Program-made: the position numbers and the translations under genes
Shown here: piece after piece, positions 9,701 to 18,042 of the stretch
Numbering within the stretch: the stretch's first letter is position 1
Layout of the letters: every line of letters starts with the position of its first letter
Notes under the pieces: generated by a model
Seen by the model: only the letters and a program-made list of their open reading frames with translations
Databases searched by the model: none
What the model was told of the DNA's origin: nothing
Virus record (IMG/VR): IMGVR_UViG_3300043493_000021
Coordinates: 79-64,078 of that record
DNA: 64,000 bases
Source of the DNA: a virus
Direction: 5' to 3' (one strand)

Positions 9701-11816
9701 GATCGGACTCCCATTTGGTGGTGCCGCGAAGCACGCCGGTCACGCCTTGCTCGTCGCTCTCCTTGAACTGGAATCTCTTGGGATCGACCTGAAGCTGGTC
9801 GGGCCGAAGCATGACGTAAGCGCCAGTTTGCGGAGCGGCGGCGGTCGGTTCAGAGGTAACGGGCGTCGGTGTCGGCGTCGCGTCGCTTCCGATCGTCACG
9901 CCCGGAGCGACCTCGGTCGGCGTCGTCGGCGGCGTGACCGTCTCGACCGCTGGCGGCGTCGGTCCCGGCATCGGAATGACCGGGGGTGTTTCGAGCGGGG
10001 CTCGCGGTGCCGGGGGAGGAACCGGAGCCGGGAGTTGCGGTGTGGACTCTACTGGCGGGGGCGGCTGAACGGCGGGTGTCGTCCCCTCACTTTGCGCCGT
10101 CGTCGGCTGGGTGCGCTCGGCCTGGGGTTGCTCCACCGCTGGACCCGGATCGTCCACGCGAGGCGCGGCACCGGGAGCATACGTCTCATCCACCGCGCCC
10201 GGACGCCATCCTTCCGGTTTCGGCGGCTCCGGAACATTGGGAGGCCACCGCCGGTTCATCTCCTCTCGGGTCGCGTCCCATTCCCGTCGGTGAGCGTTGA
10301 CCCGATCGTCAGCCGACGGCGCTCCCCGGTAAGGACCGACCTCGGTGGAGGAAGACGCACCGGGCATTTCGATGTTGAGGTTCTCGGGATAGAGCCGACG
10401 ACCGAGCCCGATGGCGGCGTCTCGCGCGTCGCCCATGATCCTGTGTGGCGCATGGAACGCGGCCCCGGTGATCGCCTGAAGCGCCATCTCCTCGGGATCG
10501 CCGACATGCTCGGTCAGAGCCTGGGACGGGCTGAACCCATACTTCACGATGGCGTTGTCGATGATGGTCTGGGTCTGCATGATGCCGACCATCGATCCGC
10601 TCGCCGTGGCATAGTCGATGAGCCCGCCGAGCACCGGGCCTTTCAGGCCGGGAACGAGGCGACCGAACAACTGAGCCCCCGGAATCGACATGAGACCCGC
10701 GCTGACCAGGCCGCTTGCCATCGCGGCATCGTGCGCTTGCTGGGGTGACGCGCCCCTCTCCTGGGCCCGCTCGAACATCCCCTCGTAACCCTCAAGGAAG
10801 CCGACGCCCATCACTCCCGGGAGCCCGCCGATCGCCGCGCCGACCAGGATCGGGGCCATGCCGCCAGCCATTCCGGCCAGTTTCACCACCGCGCGTCCCT
10901 CGTGAGAGACGTCCACCGGGGCGTTTCGTTCGCTCTCCCTCCTGGCGGTTTCGACGATGCCACCCGCGAGGGACGGCTGGGGGTTGGCCGTGACCGTGCC
11001 GAGACGAGCTTTGAACTCAGCCCGCTGGCTTTCATTCATATATTGATAGCCGGATGGATCTTGCTCGTCGGGGACCGTCTGACCGGCGTCGATCTTTTGG
11101 ATCGCGGTCATCTGACCCGACGTCAGAAGCGCTCCGAACCGGTCCACCATGCGAGGGACCGCCGCGATGGTGGTCGCCAGCCCGGTCTCGGCACCCTGGC
11201 GGAACTTGTTGAACGCGGCCCCACTCAGTCCCTGGCCGGGAACCCTGGTTTCCAGTTCCTCATCGCCGCCCGTTTGCTCGGCATAAGTGAGGCCGGACGA
11301 GTCGGGCTGGCGCTGGTCGGGGTAGATCAGCCCCGAACGGACCTGTTCAGAAGTATAAGGTGTCGGAGCGATGTCGAGCCGCTGAACGATCGGGCGCTTA
11401 TTCGGGTCGGGAGACGGCTTACCCGAGACCGAGGGTGGGGGCGTGGAAGGCGTGAAACCTTCACTCGCCAGCCGCGTGTATTCGTCCTCGGTCTCCTGGT
11501 CCGGGGTCATGGACTGACGCCGCGTCATGGCGGGAGGTTGCGGTTGCTTCGGTGGCTCCTCGGTCGTCCACTTCCAGGGGTCTTCGGTCTTTTCGACCGT
11601 GGGTTCAGCCGTGGCTTTCGGCTTTTCAGTCGTGGATTTCGCCGGTTCGGGCGTGGGTTCAGGCGTGGCGGGAGCGGCGACCTTGGCTGGCGGAGGGGTG
11701 GCTGGACGCGGTGGGACCGTTATCCAGTCCCCAGGATCCTTGGCTCCGCCCGCTTTCGGGACGGTGACCCAGTCGTCCGCCTCGTCAAGAGCCGTCTGGG
11801 CCATAGGTCGTGCCAT
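3720..11816 (-). CDS. Giant polyvalent internal-virion/ejection protein (ParB-like, zincin metallopeptidase, JAB-like domains)
   Basis: 2698 aa. ParB-like YWVADGHQRH (~9630-9660); zincin MVHELWH (8355-8369) with downstream SEYFAE (~8055-8070); JAB-like GFEHL...IHHNHPNETSISAGD (7026-7190). Position after the internal virion genes is typical of podovirus ejection proteins. Confidence 0.7.
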   Translation of the reverse strand: MARPMAQTALDEADDWVTVPKAGGAKDPGDWITVPPRPATPPPAKVAAPATPEPTPEPAKSTTEKPKATAEPTVEKTEDPWKWTTEEPPKQPQPPAMTRRQSMTPDQETEDEYTRLASEGFTPSTPPPSVSGKPSPDPNKRPIVQRLDIAPTPYTSEQVRSGLIYPDQRQPDSSGLTYAEQTGGDEELETRVPGQGLSGAAFNKFRQGAETGLATTIAAVPRMVDRFGALLTSGQMTAIQKIDAGQTVPDEQDPSGYQYMNESQRAEFKARLGTVTANPQPSLAGGIVETARRESERNAPVDVSHEGRAVVKLAGMAGGMAPILVGAAIGGLPGVMGVGFLEGYEGMFERAQERGASPQQAHDAAMASGLVSAGLMSIPGAQLFGRLVPGLKGPVLGGLIDYATASGSMVGIMQTQTIIDNAIVKYGFSPSQALTEHVGDPEEMALQAITGAAFHAPHRIMGDARDAAIGLGRRLYPENLNIEMPGASSSTEVGPYRGAPSADDRVNAHRREWDATREEMNRRWPPNVPEPPKPEGWRPGAVDETYAPGAAPRVDDPGPAVEQPQAERTQPTTAQSEGTTPAVQPPPPVESTPQLPAPVPPPAPRAPLETPPVIPMPGPTPPAVETVTPPTTPTEVAPGVTIGSDATPTPTPVTSEPTAAAPQTGAYVMLRPDQLQVDPKRFQFKESDEQGVTGVLRGTTKWESDLASPIMAWQDNSGQYWVADGHQRHDLATRATAAGQPNVEMPARVYREADGYTPEHMRVLAAYKNIAEGSGTAIDAAKVLRAKVALPGDRALPSLPPRSQMVQQGNALAKLGDEAFGIVVNGIVPPGYAAHVGDLIADPAQQVAALSVLARAEPNNSEQARSIVKDIVATGYTRDVEGGQTEMEGMGPTIQSLFPQRARILDRAKANLRGNKRVFGAAVRGEESLTAAGNQLDREGNVRAKTENEQLLDILERQASSKGPISDALTGLASDLAGGKALPGLVSQFLTQVRGIVRRGENEAVRPGDTSGGVGEAGEGPEPPVEGQGGFFSLAPRAGGMAPMRTALNNSRVGVIRRGPEAMINRLRMQANLDRSRQHADRPPSTIHPDAIREVDQFIQFIGEHMFTDVGLRILQHGHGAAGLYDPLSHVVSLFRAAIDNGSVPHTMVHELWHSLERMLPREDRLALAREFHRQRERWFRNNPGMREFMDGQGQLRRELTDLNAVDWITRHGQNPEAMRSVTVTGAGTANPRVRMRVTRENYRYTNLSEYFAETMTDRHFNEMDIQDAVVRSIWSHFRDIFRRFVQAIQRLFGRDASGRIYEGYGARQYAPGVENGMLANTPGSFRSMRPVPSRRAMARARREMDQPEAESSGSLWTVHTRPEPRPGEPEPPWYKVGDFKDRLEAHDVARGHEFHHDVVSKVTEVPWEDQSVEQKQGDLSAGRGPREPTIRNDPNQVEMPGMRPSAAQAQIARDQTGTGRLTKPNQKAADEGLFAPRVEQAGLFEPRAATPAPPAPPPPVSKWAHDEVPNFTDELHLVQNPDGGHEAAMEFVLSRGAQTGFEHLAVVENATGRIIHAGTANERLTVSFKRAHTYGAVDAYTIHHNHPNETSISAGDLQMLTSPGITNVVAHIPAGHTFTVSLPDPSQRTENPYMANGFGNALARSHEGYRQEMIPIFQKLMVLGDMTHAEVQIAYGDALNRLLAQDGIINYSSTYILPDVALDAMRRASRGLHDRYTLAVPTAKRVAGLPTPTGSNAPAAPTGGGPGAGGSPVVAPRAVQGRLFSTQEVDNAFGLEAGKPIKDLVKWVQDQPKYEDARHYYLEFVAPLRLGPKEAGEEAFKFANNIRQGQRKFGQLAQMIRDTQKIDERWAIGRAVAEQSVFERKLARELATTSPLPQPGYEAQMRARWDATQMGVEGLGPKGKALVNGLKAIQEDYWNQLKSRGMVDPNAEGWAYWMPRQLVIMEPGKKARRIIKDDAILPGGTPRARWGRTPTPDMHPFGTNLTTEIPRFRNYEEIQDTLDAARAKYGPNVQLVDDIVGLVGALERIHAAIAGHDLLQAIMSLTKNGIAAGYTQTSGAPPKRGFYMAGHPSMYKMVPTFDRYGKVVEDSKGNPVFEKQAIFIDEAFRAPLDAVFRAAPGALMRGFMAVKAVSTHFVMQSPLIHLQVELGRAGPLFTGGKFVALTALAVGRRARMAEDPRIDTLVAHGMAPVMRGFIGDPVSLMNEFTYKSRFGLVGEAVVDIRNALANFAGKAPRGGQAMAALIRHPMNTLLWNRVMDLQIAIGLAVAEDRLAAGWHPTAAYTAAAHLANRYAGALPPEGMSRLANTLAQFLLFSRSFTGGNLGIIKDVVTGAPMHIVNHVEAEAGPEAAKKFRKWMRGKAQWTGALDMLAFYMLGMLIQHASQAVYNYMNDKESEESVPEGYVRRFHETVNYVMENPLKSLFIPSTINRLLPMADNEPGKTNRARVMPYGSTPQYLYMRTPLGKVGEELIDWISDFAGTLERKQSTMYKAANQFMSGKDDYGHDYRRPTDDAFDLKNVWRTAKHMSHVMFPIEMERDIYIAMNAPGSHWVGNAPPTARERGLAVARVLLNFSGIGSLSRGYPYGPSAGSNKKREDMIKFDTAEIMPEVQRLVNDGKDEEATKMLTDAGEEAGRASKIVDWLRPDAGNAAAEKAAQLGERRAARREDQKQLDRSEVIRRSYGVKEKPARELETTE

Positions 11817-14800
11817 CGGCCCGACGGGCCCGGTTCAGTTTCGCGCTATATTGATCGCCCGGTTGCACCCACGACGGCGCGGTTCCCGTCGGTGGTGTCA
11901 CGGCTTGCTTCGACGGGGAGGAGAGCGAGGGGCGCGGCGGCGTCGAGCCCCGGAGCTTCGCGTCCTGAGCTTGCACTTCCCTGACGACATCGGGGTATCT
12001 CTTCCCGGGGTTCAACGCCCAGATGCGAGCCGAGTCCGAGAGGTAGCCACGGATCCGCGCATCATCCAGACCCTGAGCCCGCAAACGGTTTCGCTCATCG
12101 CTCGCCGACTGGCTATTCAGGATTTGTTGCTGGCGCAAAGCCAGACCTTGCGCGGTCATGTCGAGCCGCTGATCCCCTTGCCTCTCCAGGACGCCGTTCC
12201 GGGTGATCCTGATCTCGCGCGACGCCGCCGCATCAGCCGACCTGGTATCCTGGCCGCGTCGACGATCTTCCGACACCTGACCGGCAATATCCCGTTTTGT
12301 CTCGTCTCCCGCGTAGAAGAGTTCACCCTTCTGATCGATCTTGAGGAGATCCCGGTCGTTCTGAAGATTGTGGTTCCGAATAAGCTCGTCGATCCTCCGG
12401 TTTCTTTGCTCAGTCGTCGCGTTTCCGTTCGCCATCTTCCATTGGTTGAACTCCGAGATGGCGGCGTCGCGGTTTTTCTTTCGATCGACTTCTTGTTGCT
12501 GGATACTCAGGCGTTCATCGCCTTGCCTCCCCAGCCGATCTTCCCTGAGCCCGGCGTTCTTCGCCTGAGCGGCCCGCCAGACGGCGTTGGTCTTCGCCAC
12601 ATCGCGACGGGTCGCCGCCGCCTCCAGGGTTTGTTGCTCTTTGTCGGAGAGCGCGATGCCCTTCAGCGCGCCAGCACCTACGTTCACGAGGGCGTGGGGA
12701 GAAGTTCCGCTCATGATGCCGAGGCCGACGTTCATCAGCTTTTGCCAGCCCGAGACCTTCGGATTGTCCTCCTTATCCTTATCGGCGTCGGGCGATCCCG
12801 CTTGCACGGGAGGTGCTGGTGGCGGTGCCGGAATACCGGCCCCCGTATCGCCGCCGCCATCGGATGTATCGGCGGCGGGAGGCGGCGGAGCGTTCACGTT
12901 GGCCGGGGTGATGATGCCCTTCGCGCCCGCCGGGGTTGGCGATGTGCTCGCGCCCAAACCCACCAACGAGTCACCGGGACCGGATGCCCCCGTTGGATCG
13001 GACATGGTCCGGAGGGGTCGCGCCAGATCAGGCGGGCTCGACATGCTTCGATCGGCCCGCCTTCCAATGGTGAGGCCCGTCTCCGGATCGCTCGAATCGA
13101 TGGTGTATGGATTGCTCCCCAGCATGGATGACTCGTCATAGGGATCACCACCCCCAGCAAGACCGACGATCCCGCCGCCACGCGCGACGCTCTGAGTCCC
13201 GGCCATGAAGGCCCGATACCTCTGGCGCACCGCCTCGTCGGCTTCCTTTCCCTGACCGGTCGAGAAGGTGCCGTAACGCCCGATGGCGCGCTCGTAATCG
13301 CCGCCGTTCTTGTCGAGCATCTTCCGAAGATACCCCGCCGCTCCCATGATCGCTTGCTGGGGATCCCACGGATCGATTTGCATTTCCGCCGCCGTGCCGG
13401 GCTTGAACTGGCCGATGCCCATGGTGCCCGAGAGGCGATTGTAGGCTTTCGGGTTCCACCGCGACTCGGTCGAGAGAAGCCACGCGAGTTGCTTCGGATC
13501 CACCCCGTATTTGGCGGCGGCTTGCTGAACCACGGGAGCCAGTTCGGGCGGTGGCGGCACATAGCCGGGGCCCGCTTGCATCGGCACCGGACCGTGCGGA
13601 CCTTGAGGAGCCGGTGACGCGGATCCGCCTTGGGGAGGGGCGATGATGCCCGCGCCCTGGGGGACCGTCGGCCCGCCCATGTAGCCTTCCGGCAAACCCA
13701 GCGTGCTATTCACGCTCGGCGTCGGGTCGCCAACGTCGGGGATCTTGATGTCGACGTTTTGCTCGGGCTCGGCGGGAGCGCGCGGCGCTTCCTGGGGAAT
13801 GTCGCCGCCTTCCTCGCGACCGATCCGGCCCCCGAATGCCTCGCCGCCTCCGCCACCGTCGCCCATCGAGTTAAACCCGGGCAAGTTATACGAGAAGATC
13901 TGACCCGGCACATCGGACTGGCGAACCAGGTGGCCCTCTCGGTTATAGATCGCTCCCTGATGGGTTCCGTCGCCTGGGAACGCTTGCACGTAAGCCGGAT
14001 CCATCAGGTATTCGAGTTGGGCGGGCGTCGCCTGAACGTAGCCCCCGGTCGTCCCCGGGGCACTCTGGTTGGGGATGTGGTAAATGTTGTGTTCCGGATC
14101 GTCTTTCGGCACGTCGGGCACGCTTTTGGCGGGACCGTTCGTCGCGGCGACGGGCGGAGGAGGCGGCAAGGCCACCCGGCCCTTGGCCTGGCTGGCGAGG
14201 TAATCGTCCACCGAACCAGACGGCGCGATCCCCGCTCCACCACCGCCACCACCGGTCAGTTGCGGAATGCCCGGACCACCGTGTTTGCTTTCCATGATCG
14301 AAACGCTACCGCCGCCATCCAGCCTCGGCACGTTGCGATACATCTCGTCGTTGTCGATGATCCCGCCGCCACGGTCGAAGTGAACCTGGGAATTGAACGC
14401 CGATCCGGCGGCGGCTCCCGCCGGTCCGCCCCAAAAGGCGGCGGCGATCTGCCCGCCCGTCTTAATAAGAGAGCCGAGTTCGCTATCCTTTTGCGGTCCG
14501 CCGCTCGTGGTCGCGGTTTGCCCAAAATCCCCGAAAATTTTCCCCTTGCCGCCACCCGCGATGCCTTCGGGGACGACGCTTCCCTCATCGAGCGGTTTGG
14601 TCCCGTCGAGCGGTCCGATGCCGCTGGTCGGTCCACCGAAAGCGTAGCGGGGAATGATGCCGCCACCGACGGCGCGACCCGGGATCATTCCTCCACGCCG
14701 ATAGATCCCACCAGATGATGGATTAATGCCCGAAAGGGCGGGATCGACGCCGCCATAGGACGGGGTTGTCCAGCTACCACTAGACCCGCCGCCACTTCCG

Positions 14801-16368
14801 GTCAGCCAGCCCTCTTTCCCGAAAGCGCCGCTTTGTCCGAGAGCCCCAACGCCCGCCGTCGCGAGACCTCCATACTGAGAGGCGAGGCTCGGACCCGGCG
14901 ATGTGGTCGATCCGGTTCCGCCCGACGCGCTACCGAGACCCTGGACGATGTTGGATAGCCAACCGGTGGTCTGGAACGGATACGCCTGGTTCGCTTGCCA
15001 TTCCTGGTAGGGAATGTTCAGCCCGGCCTGAGCCTGACCTTGCTCCATTCCGCCGACGCCGAGGAGCGCGTTCGACCCCGTCAATCGCGAGTTCAACGCC
15101 TGATTGCCGAGGCTTCCCATGCCCCCGGCACCTTGCATGTTGAGCCAGCCCTCGGCTTGCTTCGCGCCGAGTTCGGCCCCTTGCTGGTTGCCGTAAAAAC
15201 CCAGTTGCGTCTTGGCGGCATCCGAATACGCCTGAGACTGGCCGGTCGCTCCCCTCAGTCCGAGATCCCCGGCTGATGTCGCGGTTTGCGCCCCAAGACC
15301 CCCGGCTGATGTCGCACCCTGAACGCCGAGTTGTCCCGATGCGATGGCACCCTGGAGAGCCTGGGCACCCGCGTTGGTCGCTCCTTGCACACCCAGTTGC
15401 CCCGAGTTCGTCGCCCCCTGAACGCCAAGTTGTCCGGCGTAATTCGCGCCCTGAACGCCAAGCTGACCGGCGTTCGTGGTGCCCTGGATCCGTTGCCGAC
15501 CTTGCTCTTCCGCCGCTTGCGTCGCTTGCTGGTAGCCCGTGCTCCGAAGCTGGGCCATGATCGGATCCTGGGCTCGGGCTTGCTGGCCCGCGATGATCCC
15601 CTGAGCCACCGCTGACCGATCGCCACCCCACGCGCCGCGTCCGATGGCGTCGCCGATGATGCCTTGTTGCTGGATATCGTTCTGATTTTGAAAGTCCCGT
15701 CCCATCGCGTCGACCACGCTCTGGGTATAGGGATCCTCGAATTGCCTGATGCTATCCGGCCTGAACGTCCCGGTCGCACCCAGAATGTTCGACACACCCT
15801 GGCCGGTATAGTCGTAGATCGTGTCGACGCCCGCCTTGGTATAGTTGTCGATATTGCTGACGCCCTTGGCGGTCTGACCCAAGATACCCTGACCACCAGT
15901 CGAAGAGGCGTTGTTGATACCCGTCTGGCCAGCGGCGGTCTGGCCCCATATCCCGCTGACCCCGGCGTTCCCCGCATTGTAGATGTTGTTCGCGCCCTGA
16001 CTGGCCGCGTTCCCAATATCGCCATTGGCGGAGGCATCCAGCCGACCCATGGCCTGACCCGGCATCGCCGCCATCATCCCCGCGTCGGGGTGCGTGGAAT
16101 TATCCCAGATCGGTTGCGTGGCCCGGTCGATGTATTGCGCGCCCGCGTTTATGTAGGGATCGGAAATGCCCTGAGCGTTTCGCACGCCCTGGATCCCGGC
16201 TTGCTGATCCGGCGAGAAATCCGCGAGCTTCTGACCTGGGTAGGGCGAATATGGCGCACCCGCGACGCCGGTCGCGCGCTCGGTGATCTTCTTATAGGCG
16301 TCGAGATACTCCTGGGGAGGGGCATTCGAGGTGGTGGTCGTGTTGGTATTGCCGCCGCCGCCGCTCAT
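11785..16368 (-). CDS. Internal virion (ejection) protein with lytic transglycosylase (SLT) domain
   Basis: Start reassigned to ATG 16368 (MSGGGGNT), which overlaps the upstream stop (ATGA). SLT motifs AAAKYGVDP...LLSTESRWNP...MGIGQF...AAGYL...AIGRY at ~13270-13535. N-terminal Gln/Gly/Ala-rich region. Confidence 0.8.
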   Translation of the reverse strand: MSGGGGNTNTTTTSNAPPQEYLDAYKKITERATGVAGAPYSPYPGQKLADFSPDQQAGIQGVRNAQGISDPYINAGAQYIDRATQPIWDNSTHPDAGMMAAMPGQAMGRLDASANGDIGNAASQGANNIYNAGNAGVSGIWGQTAAGQTGINNASSTGGQGILGQTAKGVSNIDNYTKAGVDTIYDYTGQGVSNILGATGTFRPDSIRQFEDPYTQSVVDAMGRDFQNQNDIQQQGIIGDAIGRGAWGGDRSAVAQGIIAGQQARAQDPIMAQLRSTGYQQATQAAEEQGRQRIQGTTNAGQLGVQGANYAGQLGVQGATNSGQLGVQGATNAGAQALQGAIASGQLGVQGATSAGGLGAQTATSAGDLGLRGATGQSQAYSDAAKTQLGFYGNQQGAELGAKQAEGWLNMQGAGGMGSLGNQALNSRLTGSNALLGVGGMEQGQAQAGLNIPYQEWQANQAYPFQTTGWLSNIVQGLGSASGGTGSTTSPGPSLASQYGGLATAGVGALGQSGAFGKEGWLTGSGGGSSGSWTTPSYGGVDPALSGINPSSGGIYRRGGMIPGRAVGGGIIPRYAFGGPTSGIGPLDGTKPLDEGSVVPEGIAGGGKGKIFGDFGQTATTSGGPQKDSELGSLIKTGGQIAAAFWGGPAGAAAGSAFNSQVHFDRGGGIIDNDEMYRNVPRLDGGGSVSIMESKHGGPGIPQLTGGGGGGAGIAPSGSVDDYLASQAKGRVALPPPPPVAATNGPAKSVPDVPKDDPEHNIYHIPNQSAPGTTGGYVQATPAQLEYLMDPAYVQAFPGDGTHQGAIYNREGHLVRQSDVPGQIFSYNLPGFNSMGDGGGGGEAFGGRIGREEGGDIPQEAPRAPAEPEQNVDIKIPDVGDPTPSVNSTLGLPEGYMGGPTVPQGAGIIAPPQGGSASPAPQGPHGPVPMQAGPGYVPPPPELAPVVQQAAAKYGVDPKQLAWLLSTESRWNPKAYNRLSGTMGIGQFKPGTAAEMQIDPWDPQQAIMGAAGYLRKMLDKNGGDYERAIGRYGTFSTGQGKEADEAVRQRYRAFMAGTQSVARGGGIVGLAGGGDPYDESSMLGSNPYTIDSSDPETGLTIGRRADRSMSSPPDLARPLRTMSDPTGASGPGDSLVGLGASTSPTPAGAKGIITPANVNAPPPPAADTSDGGGDTGAGIPAPPPAPPVQAGSPDADKDKEDNPKVSGWQKLMNVGLGIMSGTSPHALVNVGAGALKGIALSDKEQQTLEAAATRRDVAKTNAVWRAAQAKNAGLREDRLGRQGDERLSIQQQEVDRKKNRDAAISEFNQWKMANGNATTEQRNRRIDELIRNHNLQNDRDLLKIDQKGELFYAGDETKRDIAGQVSEDRRRGQDTRSADAAASREIRITRNGVLERQGDQRLDMTAQGLALRQQQILNSQSASDERNRLRAQGLDDARIRGYLSDSARIWALNPGKRYPDVVREVQAQDAKLRGSTPPRPSLSSPSKQAVTPPTGTAPSWVQPGDQYSAKLNRARRADGTTYGPDGS
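15240..15490 (-). repeat. Coding tandem repeat with 33-bp (11-aa) period, GQLGVQGAxxx
   Basis: QGTTNAGQLGV QGANYAGQLGV QGATNSGQLGV QGATNAGAQAL QGAIASGQLGV QGATSAGGLGA. CCCTGAACGCC recurs in the DNA. Confidence 0.85.
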
Positions 16369-17066
16369 TTCGACCTCGCCGCCGTGAAGGGGGATGGGTA
16401 GACAAAGGCCGCGCCAGCCTGAGCGAACTTCCGACGATAGAGCGCGATCTTGGAGCGGATACGGCGGGCCCCGAGCACGCCGCACAAGAGGTAAACCTGA
16501 TACCCCATGTGCCGACTATGCTCATCGACCACCCATCGCTCGAAATCCAGAAGATCATCGGCGTGACGGCTTTTCCGGTGATCGGGATGCACGAACATCG
16601 CGATCTCGAAGTAATACCAGCCGTTGGAGAACCACCATTGCTGAGGATGAAGTATAACGACCGCGACCGGACGATTCGCCGGGCCATCTATTACTCCGAC
16701 GAAACCTCCGCGAAGCCGGGTTCCGACCTGAAGCGTCTCCAGGATCTTGGTATCATCCATCGGACCCATGAAGGCGGCGTTCTCCGCCAGATCCTCCCGC
16801 AATAGCTCGACCAGAGCGGCCTCATCGTGCGCGGTGGCGATCCGCACGCTCGATGGCCTGGTCGTTGGGCCGTTGAAAACCGCGCCATCCTGATCGGCGA
16901 CGAGGAAGCTCCGAAGCTCACGCCGCCCCTTGGCCGCGTCTCCATCGCCGAACCGGGCGAGTTGCTCCGCCGTGACGTAGAGACCGCCGGTCTCATCCAT
17001 GATCGTTCCTGGTTTCGGGGACTGGTGCTTCCCGACATGGGCCAGTTCTTTCAGCGCGGCGCTCAT
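16365..17066 (-). CDS. GNAT-fold acetyltransferase-like virion-module protein
   Basis: SVRIAT..DEAALVELL...EIAMFVHPDHRKSRHADDLL resembles GNAT motif A. Coupled starts and stops on both sides. Confidence 0.55.
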   Translation of the reverse strand: MSAALKELAHVGKHQSPKPGTIMDETGGLYVTAEQLARFGDGDAAKGRRELRSFLVADQDGAVFNGPTTRPSSVRIATAHDEAALVELLREDLAENAAFMGPMDDTKILETLQVGTRLRGGFVGVIDGPANRPVAVVILHPQQWWFSNGWYYFEIAMFVHPDHRKSRHADDLLDFERWVVDEHSRHMGYQVYLLCGVLGARRIRSKIALYRRKFAQAGAAFVYPSPFTAARSK

Positions 17067-17995
17067 CGTTTCATGCCGACCGGTTTGGGAAGTTTACTCA
17101 TCTGGGCGATGATCTCTTTGCGCGACGCGACGATGATCTTGTCCAGGATGGCGTGGCCCTTCTCCATATCGCCCTGACCGAGGGCCAAAACCTGTTCCGG
17201 GGTCACCACGAACTCGCCGTGCGAGAGCGCCACCGGCCTCATGTCGGCTTGTGCCCCGCCTCGGGCTTTCTCGCTCGGTTCACGGTAGGGCGCGGGAGGT
17301 GCTGGGATCCCCATCCGCCGCCCGCCACCACCTTGCGGCATGGGTATTCCGCCCGGTCCCATCTGGAGCATCTTGGTCCAGGCGTTGGCCCCGGCCATGC
17401 TATTGCCCTCGCCGAAACCGGCCACGACGTCAGCCGGTATGACGTGAGATCCGGCGGGAGCGTGGGTCATGATGTCGTCGGCGCGGCCCGCCGTCGGCCC
17501 ATGCAAGTAACCTTTGGCCCCGTCATAAGACGTGTCCCCGGGGTTTTGATTGAAATGCACCGAAGGCGGAGCCCGCTCCAGAACGCCACCGGATGCCCGG
17601 CTCGCTTGCTCTTCCTCGTGGGGTGATTGTTCCGGCATCGCCCGCTTCTGAGCCAGGATCTGCTGGATCATCTGACCCTGGGGCGAGCCGCCCATCATGA
17701 CCGCGAGTTCGGCGAGCTTCTCCGTCGAAAGCGAGGAGTAGCGCTGGGCCATGCCACGTTGGATTGGGCTCATGGTCTGGGTTGTCGGCCTCAGTCCACC
17801 GGCCCCCTCACTGGCTGGATCGACGATCCCGCCGCCCTCGTCACGACCCTGGAAGTGCTTGTTGGCGATCGCGATGCTCATCCCCTCATCTCCACTTCGA
17901 CGTAAAACCGCGTTCGCGATCCGCGCCGCGTGGTCCGACTGAGGGCCGCTCAGGCTATGGTTGTGCTTGGCGAACGACGATCCGGACCAGGGCAT
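17063..17995 (-). CDS. Conserved phage virion-module protein (GPTAGRADD...HVIPADVV...GEFVV domain)
   Basis: GYLHGPTAGRADDIMTHAPAGSHVIPADVVAGFGEG and VALSHGEFVVTPEQVLALGQG resemble the GPGTGxSDSI..LSxGEFV motif I recall from tape-measure/ejection proteins. Confidence 0.55.
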   Translation of the reverse strand: MPWSGSSFAKHNHSLSGPQSDHAARIANAVLRRSGDEGMSIAIANKHFQGRDEGGGIVDPASEGAGGLRPTTQTMSPIQRGMAQRYSSLSTEKLAELAVMMGGSPQGQMIQQILAQKRAMPEQSPHEEEQASRASGGVLERAPPSVHFNQNPGDTSYDGAKGYLHGPTAGRADDIMTHAPAGSHVIPADVVAGFGEGNSMAGANAWTKMLQMGPGGIPMPQGGGGRRMGIPAPPAPYREPSEKARGGAQADMRPVALSHGEFVVTPEQVLALGQGDMEKGHAILDKIIVASRKEIIAQMSKLPKPVGMKR

Positions 17996-18042
17996 GTATG
18001 TTCTCCCTGAAGCCCGCTACCACACGTTGATACGGGAAGCCA

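Noticed and set aside
15240-15490. 33-bp repeats as a CRISPR array
   Set aside because: No unique spacers; the repeats are degenerate, in frame and encode an 11-aa motif.
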